Assembly: GCA_951406725.2 (NCBI GenBank) | Contig: OX597815.1 | Location: 8,122,001-8,186,000 of the forward strand | Origin: Octopus vulgaris | Taxonomy: Eukaryota | DNA: 64,000 nt | Reading direction: 5' to 3' | Part shown: positions 40,421 to 56,680 of the stretch, piece by piece | How the letters are laid out: each line of letters starts with the position of its first letter | Numbering within the stretch: the stretch's first letter is position 1 | Position numbers and translations under genes: made by a program | The notes under the pieces: generated by a model | Database searches by the model: none | What the model was told of the DNA's origin: nothing | Seen by the model: the letters and a program-made list of their open reading frames with translations, nothing else

Positions 40421-41341
40421 ATTATTATTATTGTTTAGGCTTGATGAAACAGACCTATTATAAAGGGCTTTCCATCCATGGCCAAACCAGCTTGTTCTTA
40501 TATATGAAATACATTAACCTGTGTATCTTTTCCAAAGACAATTGAATGAGATTTGACGGAGATTTGGTTGTCATTTCTAGCAAGTCGAATGGCTAAGTAA
40601 GGGCTCCCTTATTATTTCAAATAGTAAATAATTTTGCTTTTACTATTTCAAATCGTTTATAATTTTGCTTTCTCTCCCAAACGATTTTATTCGACCAGAC
40701 GAGTTGACAATGATTGGAACATTTGATTAGAGTGTTCCACCAGCGTTCCTTTTTATCCAGTTCACTAGTAGTGGACTTTTATCCAGTTACTAGTAGTGGA
40801 CTTATAAGCAATACTTCGTCTCTCTTCCACCACCACCACCACCACCCACCCTCTGTCTCTTTCCATCTATCTATCTATCTCCTTCCCTTTCTCTCTCTCT
40901 CTCCTCCTCCTCGCTCTCTACGCACACACTGTTGGCTTAAAATCCGTAGAAACAGAAATACAGAGATGAACGCTGGCGGCATAAATTTTGCGTACTTGAT
41001 AGCTGAACAATGAAAAAAACCTGCATGGCAAATACAAAATCATTGTACCAATAGTTACTCTGTCTTTGCTGCTATAACATTACATTCCAAGTACACAAAT
41101 AACTAAGTATGGATGAACATGGCATCATATAACGGTGTTGTGAACAAAGATAGGATGACTACAGAATATTATACCGCCAAATCCACGAAACGAAGACCAG
41201 CTACTGTCTCCAGAGAATTTAAGAGAATGTGTGGGAGAAAAATAGAGTAAAGACGAAAGAAGGAGAGAAAAGGAGAGAAGAACATTGAAATATAAAGAAT
41301 CTAATGAAGATTTCTGTCTCAAAATAATTGAACTCTTTCTC

Positions 41342-41754
41342 TTTTACTCTTTTACTTGTTTCAGTCATTTGACTGCGGCCATGCTGGAGCACCGCCTTTT
41401 TAGTCGAGCAAATCGACCCCGGGACTTATTCTTTGTAAGCCCAGTACTTATTCTATCAGGCTGCTTTGCCGAACCGCTAAGTGACGGGGACGTAAACACA
41501 CCAGCATCGGTTGTCAAGCAATGCTAGGGGGACAAACACAGACACACAAACACACACACACACACACATCCATATATATATACATATATACGACAGGCTT
41601 CTTTCAGTTTCCGTCTACCAAATCCACTCACAAGGCATTGGTCGGCCCGGGGCTATAGCAGAAGACACTTGCCCAAGATGCCACGCAGTAGGACTGAACC
41701 CGGAACCATGTGGTTGGTTAGCAAGCTACTTACCACACAGCCACTCCTGCGCCT
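41342..41754 (-). mobile_element. SINE family A, full length
   Basis: Near-identical reverse complement of 37630-38030. Confidence 0.9.
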
Positions 41755-42044
41755 ACATCTTACTGTATAACAACTAGAATTGTGTAAAAGATACTACGAG
41801 GGATTTAGCGCCAAAATAAATGGAAGCACAGAAAAGTTTAATTCCTTGGAATATTCCTTTCGAAATAGTTTTTCACATTGAAAGCAATCAGTTACAAGGC
41901 TGAGAATTGTTGACCAGATTCTTCAGTGGCAGCACAAAATGAAGCAGGTTAATTTGCAGTGATTCTAGTGACCATAAGTAAGTATAACCGGAGAACAGAG
42001 TAAAACAGTTTTTTTTCAGTTTGTTTCTTTGTATTAATCAGCAA

Positions 42045-42217
42045 GGCGTAGGAGTGGCTGTGTGGTAAGTAGCTTGCTTACCAACCACATGGTTCCGGAT
42101 TCAGTCCCACTGCGTGGCACCTTGGGCAAGTGTCTTCTACTATAGCCTCGGGCCGACTAAAGCCTTGTGAGTGGATTTGATAGATGGAAACTGAAAGAAA
42201 CCTGTCGTATATATATA

Positions 42218-42306
<89 letters not shown>

Positions 42307-42543
42307 TGTATGTATGTATGTATGTATGTATGTGTGTGTATATGTTTGTAGTCTGTGTTTGTCCCCCCAACATCGCTTGACAACCGATGCTGGTGTGTTT
42401 ACGTCCCCGTAACTTAGCAGTTAGGCAAAAGAGACCGATAGAATATGTACTAGGCTTACAAAGAATAAGTCCTGGGGTCGATCGATTTGCTGGACTAAAG
42501 GCGGTGCTCCAGTATGGCCCCAATGACTGAAACAAATAAAAGA
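42045..42543 (+). mobile_element. SINE family A, full length
   Basis: Head GGCGTAGGAGTGGCTGTGTGGTAAG; expanded internal microsatellite. Confidence 0.9.
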
Positions 42544-42649
42544 ATGTTTTCATAAAGTTTCTGCATTTTTTGTTGTTGTTTTTTTGGCTATAGCTAGCAC
42601 AGCTTTATTTATCAGAAGTGGTGCTGCACATCATTAGATTTCATTCTTT

Positions 42650-43560
42650 TACTTGATTTGTTCATCAATCACTACCTTTGTAAGATTTACAGCGACCTTG
42701 AAAGAACTGGCCGAGACAAATTGTGTAATGCTTATAGTATTCAGGTAAGAAATGGGACTATAGCTTTCTACCGTGTCAGTATTTTTATTCTTTGCTACAA
42801 GACCTATCCGAGCGGTGACAGTCAAGTTGTTATATCAACCTGATCTGCCATATATAAATATATATTAATTTTCGGTGGGTCATTATTTTGTACCAGTCTC
42901 CAAATAATATGTCTTATCTTGATGCCTTTCCATTATACAGCACTTCACATGACATTCAGAAACGTTTCAGTGTTGATAGTGCCTCTCTAGTTTTATTGTT
43001 GATATTACTACAAAGTCCTTTCTTCGATGCACTCGGCCATGAAACATTCTGACTGAAATCCTTTTCATTCCAGATTTTATACCAAAATAATTTAAAAACC
43101 GTCCTGGGAAGAAACTCTCTTTACAGTAATATCATGGCGTTTTTTCCATCTTCCCATGTATAGAGTGTGAATTAGAAGCTAACATGTGCTTAGTAATAGT
43201 TCGTTGATAAAAGGTCCTTTTTAGCAACGGAATTACCCCGCCTAAGCTCAGAATCCTTGCTTTAAAGTTATTAATTTCTCCTCGTGAGTTCGAAGCAATT
43301 AATCCGCATACATTTTAGATAACTTTCTTATTAGATGTAGTTAGTATAAAGTGAACTTATTGTTCACCTTACATCTTAAAATATTATCAAAAATGCCCGA
43401 CTATGTGGTACAGGTTACTGATATTTACATCTAGTTATATTACCTACCTGTGCATTGAATTATTTCGTTACCACTTGTACTACAAATATCTCCTTGGAGA
43501 TGCTTCACATTGATAGCAATTGTATACATCAAGATATTAATATTCAGTACGTGTTACCAT
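42650..43560 (-). pseudogene. possible very old APE-endonuclease LINE ORF2 remnant
   Basis: Ordered degenerate motifs across frames: TIAINVKHL, IFVVQ, LGG/NSV, LYTWED. Confidence 0.35.
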
Positions 43561-44254
43561 ATTAGTAGTCCAATACATATTTCCATATTGTCTCCAGCAA
43601 TATCATCAATAACTTTTCCTGTAATAGTATTTGGTATTTTTCCAAATCTTGTTACAAATGATCTGCTGTCTAAAAATAGTTTCGAAAATATGGAAAAATT
43701 CTCTTCAAACTACAATTGTACATTGTTTTTAAGTTGTGTATATTCTTCAATCATTTCTGTCAAATTAGTTTTTATAGGCAGAAGAATATATAAATGTTAA
43801 GAGACAGTAATGTCGGTAGCTATGACGTCGACGGTTTGGTTCCATTTTTATTTCGGATAAGGGTGGGATTTTGATGACCAGAAAGCAAATAAAAATTACA
43901 GGGGTTAGAATAATAGTTGCTGTCTGCGACAGATATACTTCAGACAAAGGCTTTTACATGGAATGAATTCGTATATTGACCAATATACGAATTAAAAAAT
44001 CCCAACAAAATATCAGATAACAGGCTAACTAACAACGTTTGGAGCATAAGAATCACAAACAAACGACGATGTGCTACAAACCATTATTCTAACTTCTGTT
44101 CCCTTCGCACAATATTTTCAATCACACACACACACACACACACTTAGAAAGAGTTAAATTTATATTGCGGGCACACAAAATCTACACGGCTTCGCTCCGA
44201 CAAATTTAAACGTATCTTACACTTACCCTCAATATCATGTATATGAAGAGGATC

Positions 44255-44685
44255 GGTGCTGCTTTGGCGTGGGATCTACAAGGGAGATTACTTTCGGTTA
44301 CTTTTTAGTTTACTTTCCAATTTCTAAATACCCGTAAGATGCTGGGTAAAGATTTTTACAATGTGATCAGCGAGTGACGAGACGAAGACAGTCGCATTTT
44401 TACGAGAAACCAGCACTAAATTCACTTTGTTTGGCGTGTGATCTACAATTTAAAGAGAGATTACTCTAGGTTACTTTTTAGTATACTTTGTGTTAGTGCT
44501 ACTTTCCGTGTGATCTACCTGAGCAAATCTAATTTAGTAAGTGACCAACGCGCTTATTTTAATTATTATTTGGTGTTTTTATTATTAAAATAGTAAGAAT
44601 TTCGAAAAAATATATTTACAATGCTAAGTATGTATAAAATAATTTTAAAAGTAACCTAAAGTAGATCACAAGCCAAAGTAGCACC
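44255..44685. mobile_element. MITE-like element with about 25-bp TIRs and internal repeats of the TIR motif
   Basis: GGTGCTGCTTTGGCGTGGGATCTAC / GTAGATCACAAGCCAAAGTAGCACC; internal GTGATCTAC copies; TSD not clear. Confidence 0.65.
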
Positions 44686-44841
44686 TATAGATAGACAGAC
44701 AGACAGACAGATAGACAGATAGACAGACAGACAGACAGATATATATATATATATAGATAGATAGACAGATATATATATATATAGATAGATAGATAGGTAG
44801 ATGGATAGATGGATAGATAGATAGATAGAGGAATTGATAGG

Positions 44842-44931
<90 letters not shown>

Positions 44932-45245
44932 TATGCACGCATGCCTGCATACATTCATAGGGTATTACTATGTCATACAATGTGAGCCGAAACTTTCTAT
45001 TCTACCACATTTTAAATTCGATCTCCTAAAATAGATATTTGTCTTCTTCCTATTAATATCTAAGTTTACCAGTCGTAGCTATCTGCCAAAAAATTGTACA
45101 GATAAATCAAATTCATCCAGATCTAACTCTTTTATGAGCAAAAAAAAAAAACAAAAGCTCTGTTTTGCAAACTACGTTACACATACCAAACCACCGCAAC
45201 CGCCTTACACACACATACAAACTCATACACATACTCTTTTGTACT

Positions 45246-45459
45246 CTTTACTCTTTTACTTGTTTCAGTCATTTGACTGCGGCCATGCTGGAGCACCGCC
45301 TTTTAGTCGAGCAAATCGACCCCGGGACTTATTCTTTTGTAAGCCCAGTACTTATTCTATCGGTCTCTTTGGCCGAACCGCAAAGTGACGGTGACGTAAA
45401 CACACCAGCATCTATTGTCAAGCAATGCTAGGGGGACAAACACAGACACACAAACACAT

Positions 45460-45492
<33 letters not shown>

Positions 45493-45663
45493 CATATGTA
45501 CGACAGGCTTCTTTCAGTTTCCGTCTACCAAATCCACTCACAAGGCATTGGTCGGCCCGGGGCTATAGCAGAAGACACTTGCCCAAGGTGCCACGCAGTG
45601 GGACTGAACCCGGAACCATGTGGTTGGTTAGCAAGCTACTTACCACACAGCCACTCCTGCGCC
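45246..45663 (-). mobile_element. SINE family A, full length
   Basis: Near-identical to 41342-41754. Confidence 0.9.
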
Positions 45664-46247
45664 CGATAATTTCTGCTAAACACAGAGGGGACAGTTACAA
45701 TGTAGAGTCTTTCTTTTCGAGGGGGGGCGAAAAAAGAAAAAGAAAAAAAAAGGGACAACGATCAAAATGGATCGAAATCGTTGGAAATATATATGCAAAA
45801 AAAATGTCGAAATAGTACAAAAAGTTCCCAAGAAATGGGGGAGGTTTATCTGTGGAAAGAAAAACCTACGAAAAGACCACATATAGATAAATAACCTGCA
45901 TTAACAGATCAAAGCAAACCAACATAAGTAACCCACCCACATCATACCCAAACACCTCCGGGTCAAACCTACCAACTACGAATGCAACATCTCAATGTCC
46001 ATTTCTCAGCTTTTCACTTGTCTGAAGATTCCAGATTCCCATCCGAGATGAAACCACGAGTTACCGTCAGACATTGAACCTGTTAATTCCCACAGTAATT
46101 TTTTTCTTCTTATATAAATCCGTTGAGTTCTCTGTTGCTTTGAGGTTTTTGCACATAGTAAACCCTATTTCTCTCTCTCTCTCTCTCGCTCTCACTATGA
46201 GTGTGTACATGTCTGTGTCTATGTATGTGCGCGTGTGTTTGAGCGTG

Positions 46248-46298
<51 letters not shown>

Positions 46299-46401
46299 AT
46301 ATATATGTGTGTGTATATATATGTGTGTGTATATATGCATATGTGTGTGTGTGTGTTGTGAGTGTATGTATGTTTATACTATATATATGTATGTGTGTAT
46401 G

Positions 46402-46440
<39 letters not shown>

Positions 46441-46525
46441 GGGTGGGAGGGAGAGAAACAGACAGAGACAAACAGACAGGAGGAGAGAAAGAGATAGAGA
46501 ATGAGAGAGAGGGGCGGGTAGGACT

Positions 46526-46625
<100 letters not shown>

Positions 46626-48083
46626 CAGATCGGCAGATTCGTTCATTCCTTGATAGATAGACCTGATTATTTAACGTTGTTGTTATCCCTACGCCAAAAG
46701 TAGTTCCCTTATATAATATTTCTCGACTAAATAAATGCTGTTGTTACATTATATACTTCACTACAAGCAGCTTTAGTTTACACAATCGGTTTTACAGTCG
46801 CTACTTCTACTCTGCCACCATTACGAGCAAAAATTAAATGATAGTTTACGACGAATAAGGATTTCCTCTGCTTCTAACTCTATCTACTATATAAATTTTT
46901 ACCCCAAGGCCTCTAACCTTCCCATTGGTCCCACCTAGCTCAATACCTCAATGCTTTCTAAGTCTGACTCCGTGTCAACTGCTTTGGTGTTTGTTCTTAT
47001 GTAATTGACTCGAGTTACATCTTCCTTCGCTTCGGTTTTCCAAACATCATTTTGGCACCACCTCGGTATATCGAACTTTCTTTGGCTCCGTGTCAACGCT
47101 TTGGCTTTCGTTTGTTGCCCAGAGTTATCTCTTACTTCAATACATTCTCTCATAATGCGATATGAACAATTATAAATCATTTCGTTTTCATCTCTTTGTT
47201 GACTCTGATCTTCTTCTGTGTAAGTCCGTCTCTTTAATCTGATTCACAATTCTCGTGTTAAGTCTCTTTTATCTAATAGTTGACATTTTCCTGGAAGCTC
47301 TTCTCGCTCTTCTCATCCTGTCTGTTCTAACTGACATTTGTTACCTTTCTTTCATCTAACAATTACTAAGTTTCCCCTTCTTCGTTCAATGTTTTCTATC
47401 TAACTTACTACTCTACAACAAAGTGTCTCTTGCTCAGATAATCTCTTCTCTTCTATTCTTCTTTTTTTCTTTTTTCTTACATTGCTGTTTTAGTGCTAGC
47501 TCACCTGTGATTAAACAGATGTAAGAAAACGAACGATAGTCAGTCGAACCACTTGATGCGATCTACAAACCCGTTGTTTCCGCCTCGCGAAGCACCACAT
47601 TGTGCAATCCAACGAGTGCAGTAGTTTATCGAATGAACTGTAATAATGCAGCTAACGTCATCCTTTCTAACAGCAGATGCACACTGACATGCAACGGGTT
47701 TATTACATGTGGTACAACGTAACAGCCCGGGTATGTTATACTCTCTCAACCATCCACTCTATTTTCTATATTTCTGTTGATGGTGATTCGGTTTTTGCTG
47801 TAATTCTTTAACCTCAGGTCGCTACTGCTTGAATGCAACTATAAGCAAAGGTATTCCAGCCACGACCATCCAATATCTTATAATGCCTAGGACTGAACTG
47901 ATCAATGGGTCTTATTTTAAGGGATAAGGTGTAAGTTGAGGAAATTTGGCTGCTGTTTTTAGTACATGAATGATCCTGTATAGGTCTCCTACCACAATGG
48001 AGTAATGGGGATATTGATACTGGGGATATGTGTGTGTATGCTTCAATGTCTTTGAGGTTGAATGAGATGTATAGTGTTGTTAT

Positions 48084-48144
<61 letters not shown>

Positions 48145-48203
48145 CATATATATCCTTAAATTCTTTAAAATGTTTTAGCCCGAAGGCCATACACATACAT
48201 ATT

Positions 48204-48235
<32 letters not shown>

Positions 48236-48268
48236 TGTATGTATGTATGTATGTATGTATGTATGTAT

Positions 48269-49311
<1,043 letters not shown>

Positions 49312-49739
49312 AAGAGAGATTCATTATTATCATTATCTGGGTAATAACTTCAAAACGTGCATTGAAAAAATTCTATACGGTTATCGGTTACCATATGATA
49401 TTATGCCATCATACAACAAGGTTACTCCTGGAACTGGATAAACATGTGGAACTCAGCTAAATTCATGCAAGAAGAAGATGGAATAAACAGGTTTTAATTG
49501 AAAATTAGAACATTTGTTTCTGTGCAATGGTAACAGCTGTAACTTGCTGAGTTTTCAGTCTCATAGTATTACATAAGTTATTTTGCTGAAATAATTACCT
49601 AAAATAACCATTAAGATCCAGCACCAACTGTATACAGGTACTTCATCAGGTAGGTCGCTTTTAAAGCACTGATGGATCACGATTAAATTCTTATGTGTGT
49701 GTGTGTGTGGATGCGTGTATGTGTGTGTATGCGTACATA

Positions 49740-49915
49740 AATGCATATGTATGTATGTATGTATGTATGTATTTCTGTATGTTTATATGTATATATGTAT
49801 GTATATGTATGTATTTATGCATGTATGTATGTATGTATGTATGTATGCATGTATGTATGTATGTATGTATGTATGTATGTATGTATGTATGCATGTATGT
49901 ATGTATGCATGTATG

Positions 49916-49949
<34 letters not shown>

Positions 49950-50785
49950 TGTATGTATGTATGTATGTATGTATGTATGTATGTATGTATGTATGTATGT
50001 ATGTATGTATGCATGCATGTATGTATGTATGTATGTATGTATGTATGTATGTATGTATGTATGTATGTATGTATGTATGTATGTATGTATGTATGTATGT
50101 ATGTATGTATTTATGTATGTATGTATGTATGTATGTATGTATGTATGTATGTATGTATGTATTTATGTATGTATGTATGTATTTATGTATGTATGTATGT
50201 ATGTATGTATGTATTTATGTATGTATGTATGTATGTATGTATGTATGTATGTATGTATGTATGTATGTATGTATGTATGTATGTATGTATGTATGTATGC
50301 ATGTATGTATGTATGTATGTATGTATGTATGTATGTATGTATGTATTTATGTATGTATGTATGTATGTATGTATGTATGTATGTATGTATGTATGTATGT
50401 ATGTATGTATGTATGTATGTATTTATGTATGTATGTATGTATGTATGTATGTATGTATGTATGTATGTATGTATGTATGTATGTATGTATGTATGTATGT
50501 ATGTATGTATGTATGTATGTATGTATGTATGTATGTATGTATGTATGTATGTATGTATGTATGTATATGTATGTATGCATGCATGAATGTATGTATGTAT
50601 GTATGTATGTATGTATGTATGTATGTATGCATGTATGTATGTACGTATGTATGTATGTATGTATGTATGTATGTATGCATACATGTATGTATGCATACAT
50701 GTATGTATGTATGTATGTATGTATGTATGTATGTATGTATGCATGCATGTATGTATGTATGTATGTATGTATGTATGTATGTATT
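49740..50785. repeat. about 1-kb (TATG)n microsatellite
   Basis: Visible directly. Confidence 0.97.
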
Positions 50786-51467
50786 GATAGCCATCCATAT
50801 AGATAGCTTAATGTAAACAAATTATTGATTTGTCTGAAGATAATATGTCTTTTAAACTTGCTGTGTTAAGACCACAAAAATATCAAAGAGAGAGAGAGAG
50901 AGAGAGAGAGAGGCGAAAATTCTTCCCAGCAGCAGCCAGCGGGAGCGCCAGATGCATTTCTGCCTTTTGGGGCCTTTCCACTGGTGCATATTTGCAGCCA
51001 GCCACATGCTCGAACGAGAAACGCTCTCGCTGCTGAGACGAACTTCGTTACTCTCTCATATTCTGTTTCTATGTACAATATCGGTTGTTCGATAACCAGA
51101 CTCGTGAACACGAAGAGTAAGCAACACAAACGTCCGAAATTGCCATTAACTTGAAAATTACAGTATAGCAGGGGACACTCGCATTCATTTGCTCAGCCTC
51201 TCCTTCCTTCTCCCTATGTATTTCCCCCATCTACACATAACCACAGAACCTGTCCAACCCGAATTCATGAAAAGAACTTTCTGTCGTTACCCTGTCATTC
51301 CTCCTTGAACCTTCGTGTCCAATACAAGCTTTTAACAACAAATATATATTAACTCCAAAACAGCGACTTATTCATTCTACTTTCCACGCATTTCTTATTA
51401 TTACACAGGTGACCAATTCCTCATTGCTGTTAAATATTATTGTCTCTCATAAACACATTCACTTTAA

Positions 51468-51687
51468 CCCTTTAGCATTCAGATTTCTCTGTCAAATGTA
51501 AAGTCTGTTTAATCACATTGTTTTAACTTAATTGTACAGCATCTTGTAACTCTGGGATTTTGATGATGTCCCTGTTTATTTTTAGAATGACTTTGTAGGG
51601 TAGGTGTGAGAGGTCAGAGCTGGCTGGTTTGAAAATAAAACAGGGAGACAATTTTGGCCTGATATGGCCGGTTTAAACACTAAAGGG
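51468..51687. mobile_element. piggyBac-type MITE
   Basis: TTAA|CCCTTTAG ... CTAAAGGG|TTAA. Confidence 0.85.
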
Positions 51688-54329
51688 TTAAGGCATTTTA
51701 CACACTCTAGTATTTCAATTGTAGGTATATCTGTGTTAAAACAACAACAACAACAACAACATGTTGGTACTAGCAAACCACTATTGTAGGTATATCATTT
51801 TTGCAGGTCATGCAATCGTAGTAACGTAGTAGTTTTCCCAACTGTCTTACAATTTGTTGCCATCGACAATTTCGTGAAGAGATCGTCTGAACACCTTGCA
51901 ATGAAAAAGAAAATGGTGTCTTGAGCATTTTTCGTTGAGTCTGTTTTCTACCGTCAGCTTCTGCTGTGGGATCGGCATCCTCAACTCGCACACAATACGG
52001 TTTCTCATATTTTCCGTCACACACGGCCTACTTCATCACTCACACACACACTCGCGCGCACACACAGATCTAAGAATTTGCTTCGTAAATGTTTTAGTTG
52101 AAGAGTGACCATTCTTTGATGTCTCTTCGTTGCTGTATTTTTCTGTGGTGATTGTGATCCAGATAATGAATGCTTTCAGCATTGGTAAATAAAATATTTT
52201 TATCGAAGAAAAAGAATACACTTCTGCTCTTGATATCACCTTTATAAAATGAAGTGTTATGGTCTGATTTAACACGGAAAAACATCAAAGAAAGGTACCG
52301 AAAACGCAGTTGTTATACTTTGTAAGGCTGTTTTGAAAATTGAATGAACTATTAATGGAACTGGAAAGTAGAATCATATTAATTAACGCTGATCTGACAG
52401 AAAGAGAATGGTCAATCGAAAGAGAGAAGTGAAAACTGTCAGACAATTTCTGTTTTTGAAAATGTAAAACAGTAATAGAAACGAAACTGGTTGCCTGAAG
52501 AGAGATGAAATTGAGTATTTAAGCGAAATAAATCGAAATTAGTGAATGGAATTAGTAGACCATATATATAGAAGGCTAATTGATAATTATGGAAATAACA
52601 GTAAGATAGATAATTTTATTAATATTGTAAATTTACCGCTGTTTTCAGCAAATGACCGATTCCGAATGAAGATCATCTCATGTGAAATAATGAATGGGTC
52701 TTTAGGGTGGATACGACTTCGGTTGCCCTCTACACATGCGTTGAAAATAAATTAATGCTATCTCAGTGATAGTATAATTAAGAGGATGCTGTATCTAGTA
52801 TCGTGGGCGACCATGTAATCCCTACATTATATTAGGTTGATTAAATGTTCTAGCAGTGAGCGTACAATTTCCCCTTACACAGTATAATAAGGTTTATATC
52901 AACCAATAAGTCCGTTTTCTAATGTACTAGAGTATGATCCAATAGAGCATTAGCTGTTATTTCTAGCAAGTTCTAAATAAGGTATTTATCTATGTAAGTC
53001 TCTTAGTGAAGATATGGAAGTATTCTGTACACGTCTCTCGAACAATACACACACACAAACATACACACACACACACACACACACAAACATACACACACAT
53101 ACACACACATACACACACAATATATATATATATATATGTGTGTGTATGTATCTCACCCTTTTTCTCTGTGCACTTTTTGAGTGTTTGTGTACAATTTTAG
53201 CTTGTTTAATGTGATATGCGTATGTGTGCGTGCAAGATACAGAGAACGAATATTTGATTTGTGTGCTCGGTCTTGATCCAACAGTAATGTATTGATCGGA
53301 CACTGCACCGCTTTTAGTGCTGTGCATGGTCTGTACAAAACGAAGAAAGTTTGGGAAGAGCAAAATATTATATATATATATACGTATGTGTGGGAGTGTG
53401 CGTATATGCGTGTGTGCGTGTGTGTGCGTGCATGTGTGTGTGTACTATATATATATACATGTGACCGCAGCCTCATTACTGAAACTATTAAAAGAATAAA
53501 AGAACATGCACATACACACACACACACACACACTATAAAATTATTAAAATTCCCCACAAAGGAATTATTTTGATTTGAAAACCCCACTAGAATGGGAGAA
53601 AGCGCTAATGATCTGAATGATATGATATACATATGTAAAAAATGTAATATATAAATAAATATCTATAAATATGAACCATTCGATCTTCTGATTACCTCAT
53701 TTCTTCTAATATATATGTATATATATATATATATATACATATAACTTTATTAGTTTTAGTATAGAGCTTATGCTTTCACCTTGCTATAAGGCTTGACAGA
53801 AACTCGTACTGTTTTAAATCTATAGATGTAGCTTCAATTATTCCGAAAATTATTCTGTACATTCGAACAAAATTTGAAATTTACAATGCTAGCCATAACA
53901 GTGATTGTTCTGATGGTCATGCACGAATGCCATTCAAGAATCAGACTGTATCTCCTTCCACACTTAAAAATACGATCTACATATGGAGCATTCCGTTAAA
54001 AACAGCGAGCGAAAGAGCAACATCAGTTTTTGTTGTTGTTGTTGTTGTTGTTGTCGTCGTCGTTGTGTTTTTGTTGTTTTAACACAAAGTACAGTGAACA
54101 AAAGGCATACACCTTGTCGAGACTAGCTGACCAGTGAATCTGAATATCCAATCCCAAATTTCAACGAATGCAACAATTACAGCTTTTGATTCTTCGCTAT
54201 TAATTATCATCTTCTCTTATCGTAAACACACTGGGCTATGGTAACAATAGATTTGCACAACAAGCCTAAGGAACAAAACAAATTGATTCACATCCACCAA
54301 ATTCAGTTAGTAATACTTTACCGTTTAGC

Positions 54330-54478
54330 TTTTACTTGTTTCAGTCATTAAACTGCGGCCATGATGCCCCATCTTGAAGACATTTTAGTCGAATGAATCG
54401 ACCCCAATACTTAAAGCCTGATACTTACTCTAGCGATCTCTTTTGCCGAACCGCCACGTTACAGGGACATAAACACTC
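54330..54478 (-). mobile_element. SINE family A 3' fragment
   Basis: TTTTACTTGTTTCAGTCATT...TTTTGCCGAACCGC. Confidence 0.7.
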
Positions 54479-54622
54479 CCGTTCCTGATTAGCAAAAGCA
54501 TATCCATTTAGGCAGAGTGTAATGTATCTGTCACATGCCCGGAAGAGGCTACTCCATCTGCCACTGCGGTTGTTAACTCTTAGCTCAGGGTATATGTACC
54601 CATGCATTGGTTTTTGCTGGTG

Positions 54623-55004
54623 TGGGGGTGCAATGGCCCAGTGGTTAGGGCAGCGGACTCGCGGTCGGAGGATCGCGGTTTCGATTCCCAGACCGGGCAT
54701 TGTGAGTGTTTATTGAGCGAAAACACCTAAAGCTCCACGAGGCTCCGGCAGGGGGTGGTGGTGAACCCTGCTGTACTCTTTCACCACAACTTTCTCTCGC
54801 TCTTTCTTCCTGTTTCTCTTGTACCTGTATTTCAAAGGGCCAGCCTTGTCACACTCTGTGTCACGCTGGATCTCCTCGAGAACTACTTTAAGGGTACACG
54901 TGTCTGTGGAGTGCTCAGCCACTTGCACGTTAATATCGCGAGCAAGCTGTTCCGTTGATCGTATCAGCTGGGACCCTCATCGTCGCAACCGACGGAGTGC
55001 TCCA
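54623..55004 (+). mobile_element. SINE family B, full length
   Basis: TGGCCCAGTGGTTAGG A-box, GGTTTCGATTCCC B-box-like, tail CGTCGCAACCGACGGAGTGCTCCA. Confidence 0.88.
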
Positions 55005-55139
55005 TCCATTTTGCTGGTATGATACCTGCTTCTCCAAGTTTCTGTTAATGTAGGCCAGTCCAGCCTCCTTTGCGTTGCATGAGACGAGACAGTTTTATTC
55101 TCGGAGTACTTGCTCGGGAGTTCATTTCCAACCCTAAAG

Positions 55140-55915
55140 ATGTTGTTCTCACTTTCGAGTATGTATGTAATATACTCGTTTCTTTCTTTACTTTTCTGCC
55201 TGTGTTGTCTGAATGATACGTTCAAAGGCTGTTTGGGCTGACCTTATTCCTGTACCGCCATCTTTTCCTTTCACACAGCTTCTATCGGTGTCTCTGTTGA
55301 TACACAACGATAAGAGAGAATCCACTATGTGGACGCTCTTATGCTAGATATAGATCCGCAAAGGGAATCCACCACCAAAGAATTGTTCTCAAGAAATAAT
55401 TCAACACACCAAGAACGTAAGCGAGCAGGACAAATGAAAAATAACGAAAATGAAAAATGTCTCTGTTGATGTAGAAGTTGCCGGTGGTGATCTGTACATT
55501 TTTCTAATTTTGATGTCCAGGCTGCGGTTCTTGTCAAGTGTCCAGTCCAGTATTCCAAATGTTAGTACTAGCATTGGCACTGCAAAAGCATTGTGAGATA
55601 TGGTCTTGTTAAACGCAAACAACCGCGAGTTCCATATTTCCCAGAGTCTACAGAGGTACACTTCTGCTATTCTGGCTTTAGTCAAAGCACCAACGTATGC
55701 CACATTCTTATCGATTACGAGATACTTGTAAATTTCCAACATTAGAGATAGAAGAAACAGACAAGACACGCCATTGATGTACATGTTCTCTGTCTGGTCG
55801 ACAATCTTTCCTCGGTTGACTTTCATGTAATCAACATTTGTCTCGCCCACACTTCATCCCCATGTCTCGTAAGAATGTTGTAACAAGGTCTAATTGTCTC
55901 TTGACGCTGTTCATG
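55140..55915 (-). pseudogene. R4/Dong-like LINE RT/thumb fragment
   Basis: ORF 55401-55850: IYKYLVID...EIWNSRLFAFNKTISHNAFAVPMLVLTFGILDWT...LDIKIRK. Confidence 0.82.
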
Positions 55916-56293
55916 TTACCGAAATGTATGTATATATGCATGTAAGTATGTATGTGATAAGATGGTGAAATATATATAAATATATTCATAATTTTTCGTT
56001 ATTATGCATAACCTTGCACACACACACACACACACATAAATATACAAACAAACACACGCACACACACACACGCACACTGTCACACACACACACCACACTT
56101 ATGCACACCCTTCCACGCAGTGATCAAATCGGTTTTGACATTAGAAAAGGTGTTTCGTGTCAACGTTGTTGTCATTCTGTGATTATTGTTGGTGTTTTTT
56201 TGTTATTGGAGCTGTTGTTGTTGTTGTTGCTGTTACTAAGCTTGTTGACGTTTTTGCTTTTACTTTTTGTTGTTGTTGTCGAGGATGAAGTTG

Positions 56294-56325
<32 letters not shown>

Positions 56326-56519
56326 GAAATATATATTTAATTTCTAAAAGCAGGAGTATGAAGAAATCAATAGGTGTCTATAACAACGCTAGTTTGCCGT
56401 GTCAACGATTGGTGAGGTGGGACGTAGATGACGTTTATCATTTGTGACAGACAGGTAAGATGGAGGTGGAGAAGGAGGAGGAGGAGGAGGAGGACGGGTT
56501 GTGAATACAAGCATCTTTT

Positions 56520-56648
56520 TAGATCATCATTTTCGTCATCATCATCATCGTTGTCGTCGTCATCATCGTCATTATCATCATAATCATCATCATCAACAAC
56601 AACATCATCATCATCATCATCATCAACATCATCATCATCATCATCATT

Positions 56649-56680
<32 letters not shown>

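Noticed and set aside
46018-46072. CTGAAGA...GAAACCACGAGTT candidate hammerhead
   Set aside because: Stem I only 2 bp and stem II unpaired; consistent with chance
46700-47750. Minus-strand charged and Cys-rich peptides (possible LINE ORF1 remnant)
   Set aside because: Many stops and no motif I can assign with confidence
49595-49655. Minus-strand CTGATGA with a 5-bp stem II
   Set aside because: GGAT replaces GAAA and stem III is not formed
49695-50816. 373-aa MYVC ORFs and similar YI/HT/LSIY ORFs throughout the window
   Set aside because: Translations of microsatellites
50900-52030. GC-richer unique segments and a TTTTTGCAG acceptor as possible host exons
   Set aside because: No convincing reading frame or homology visible
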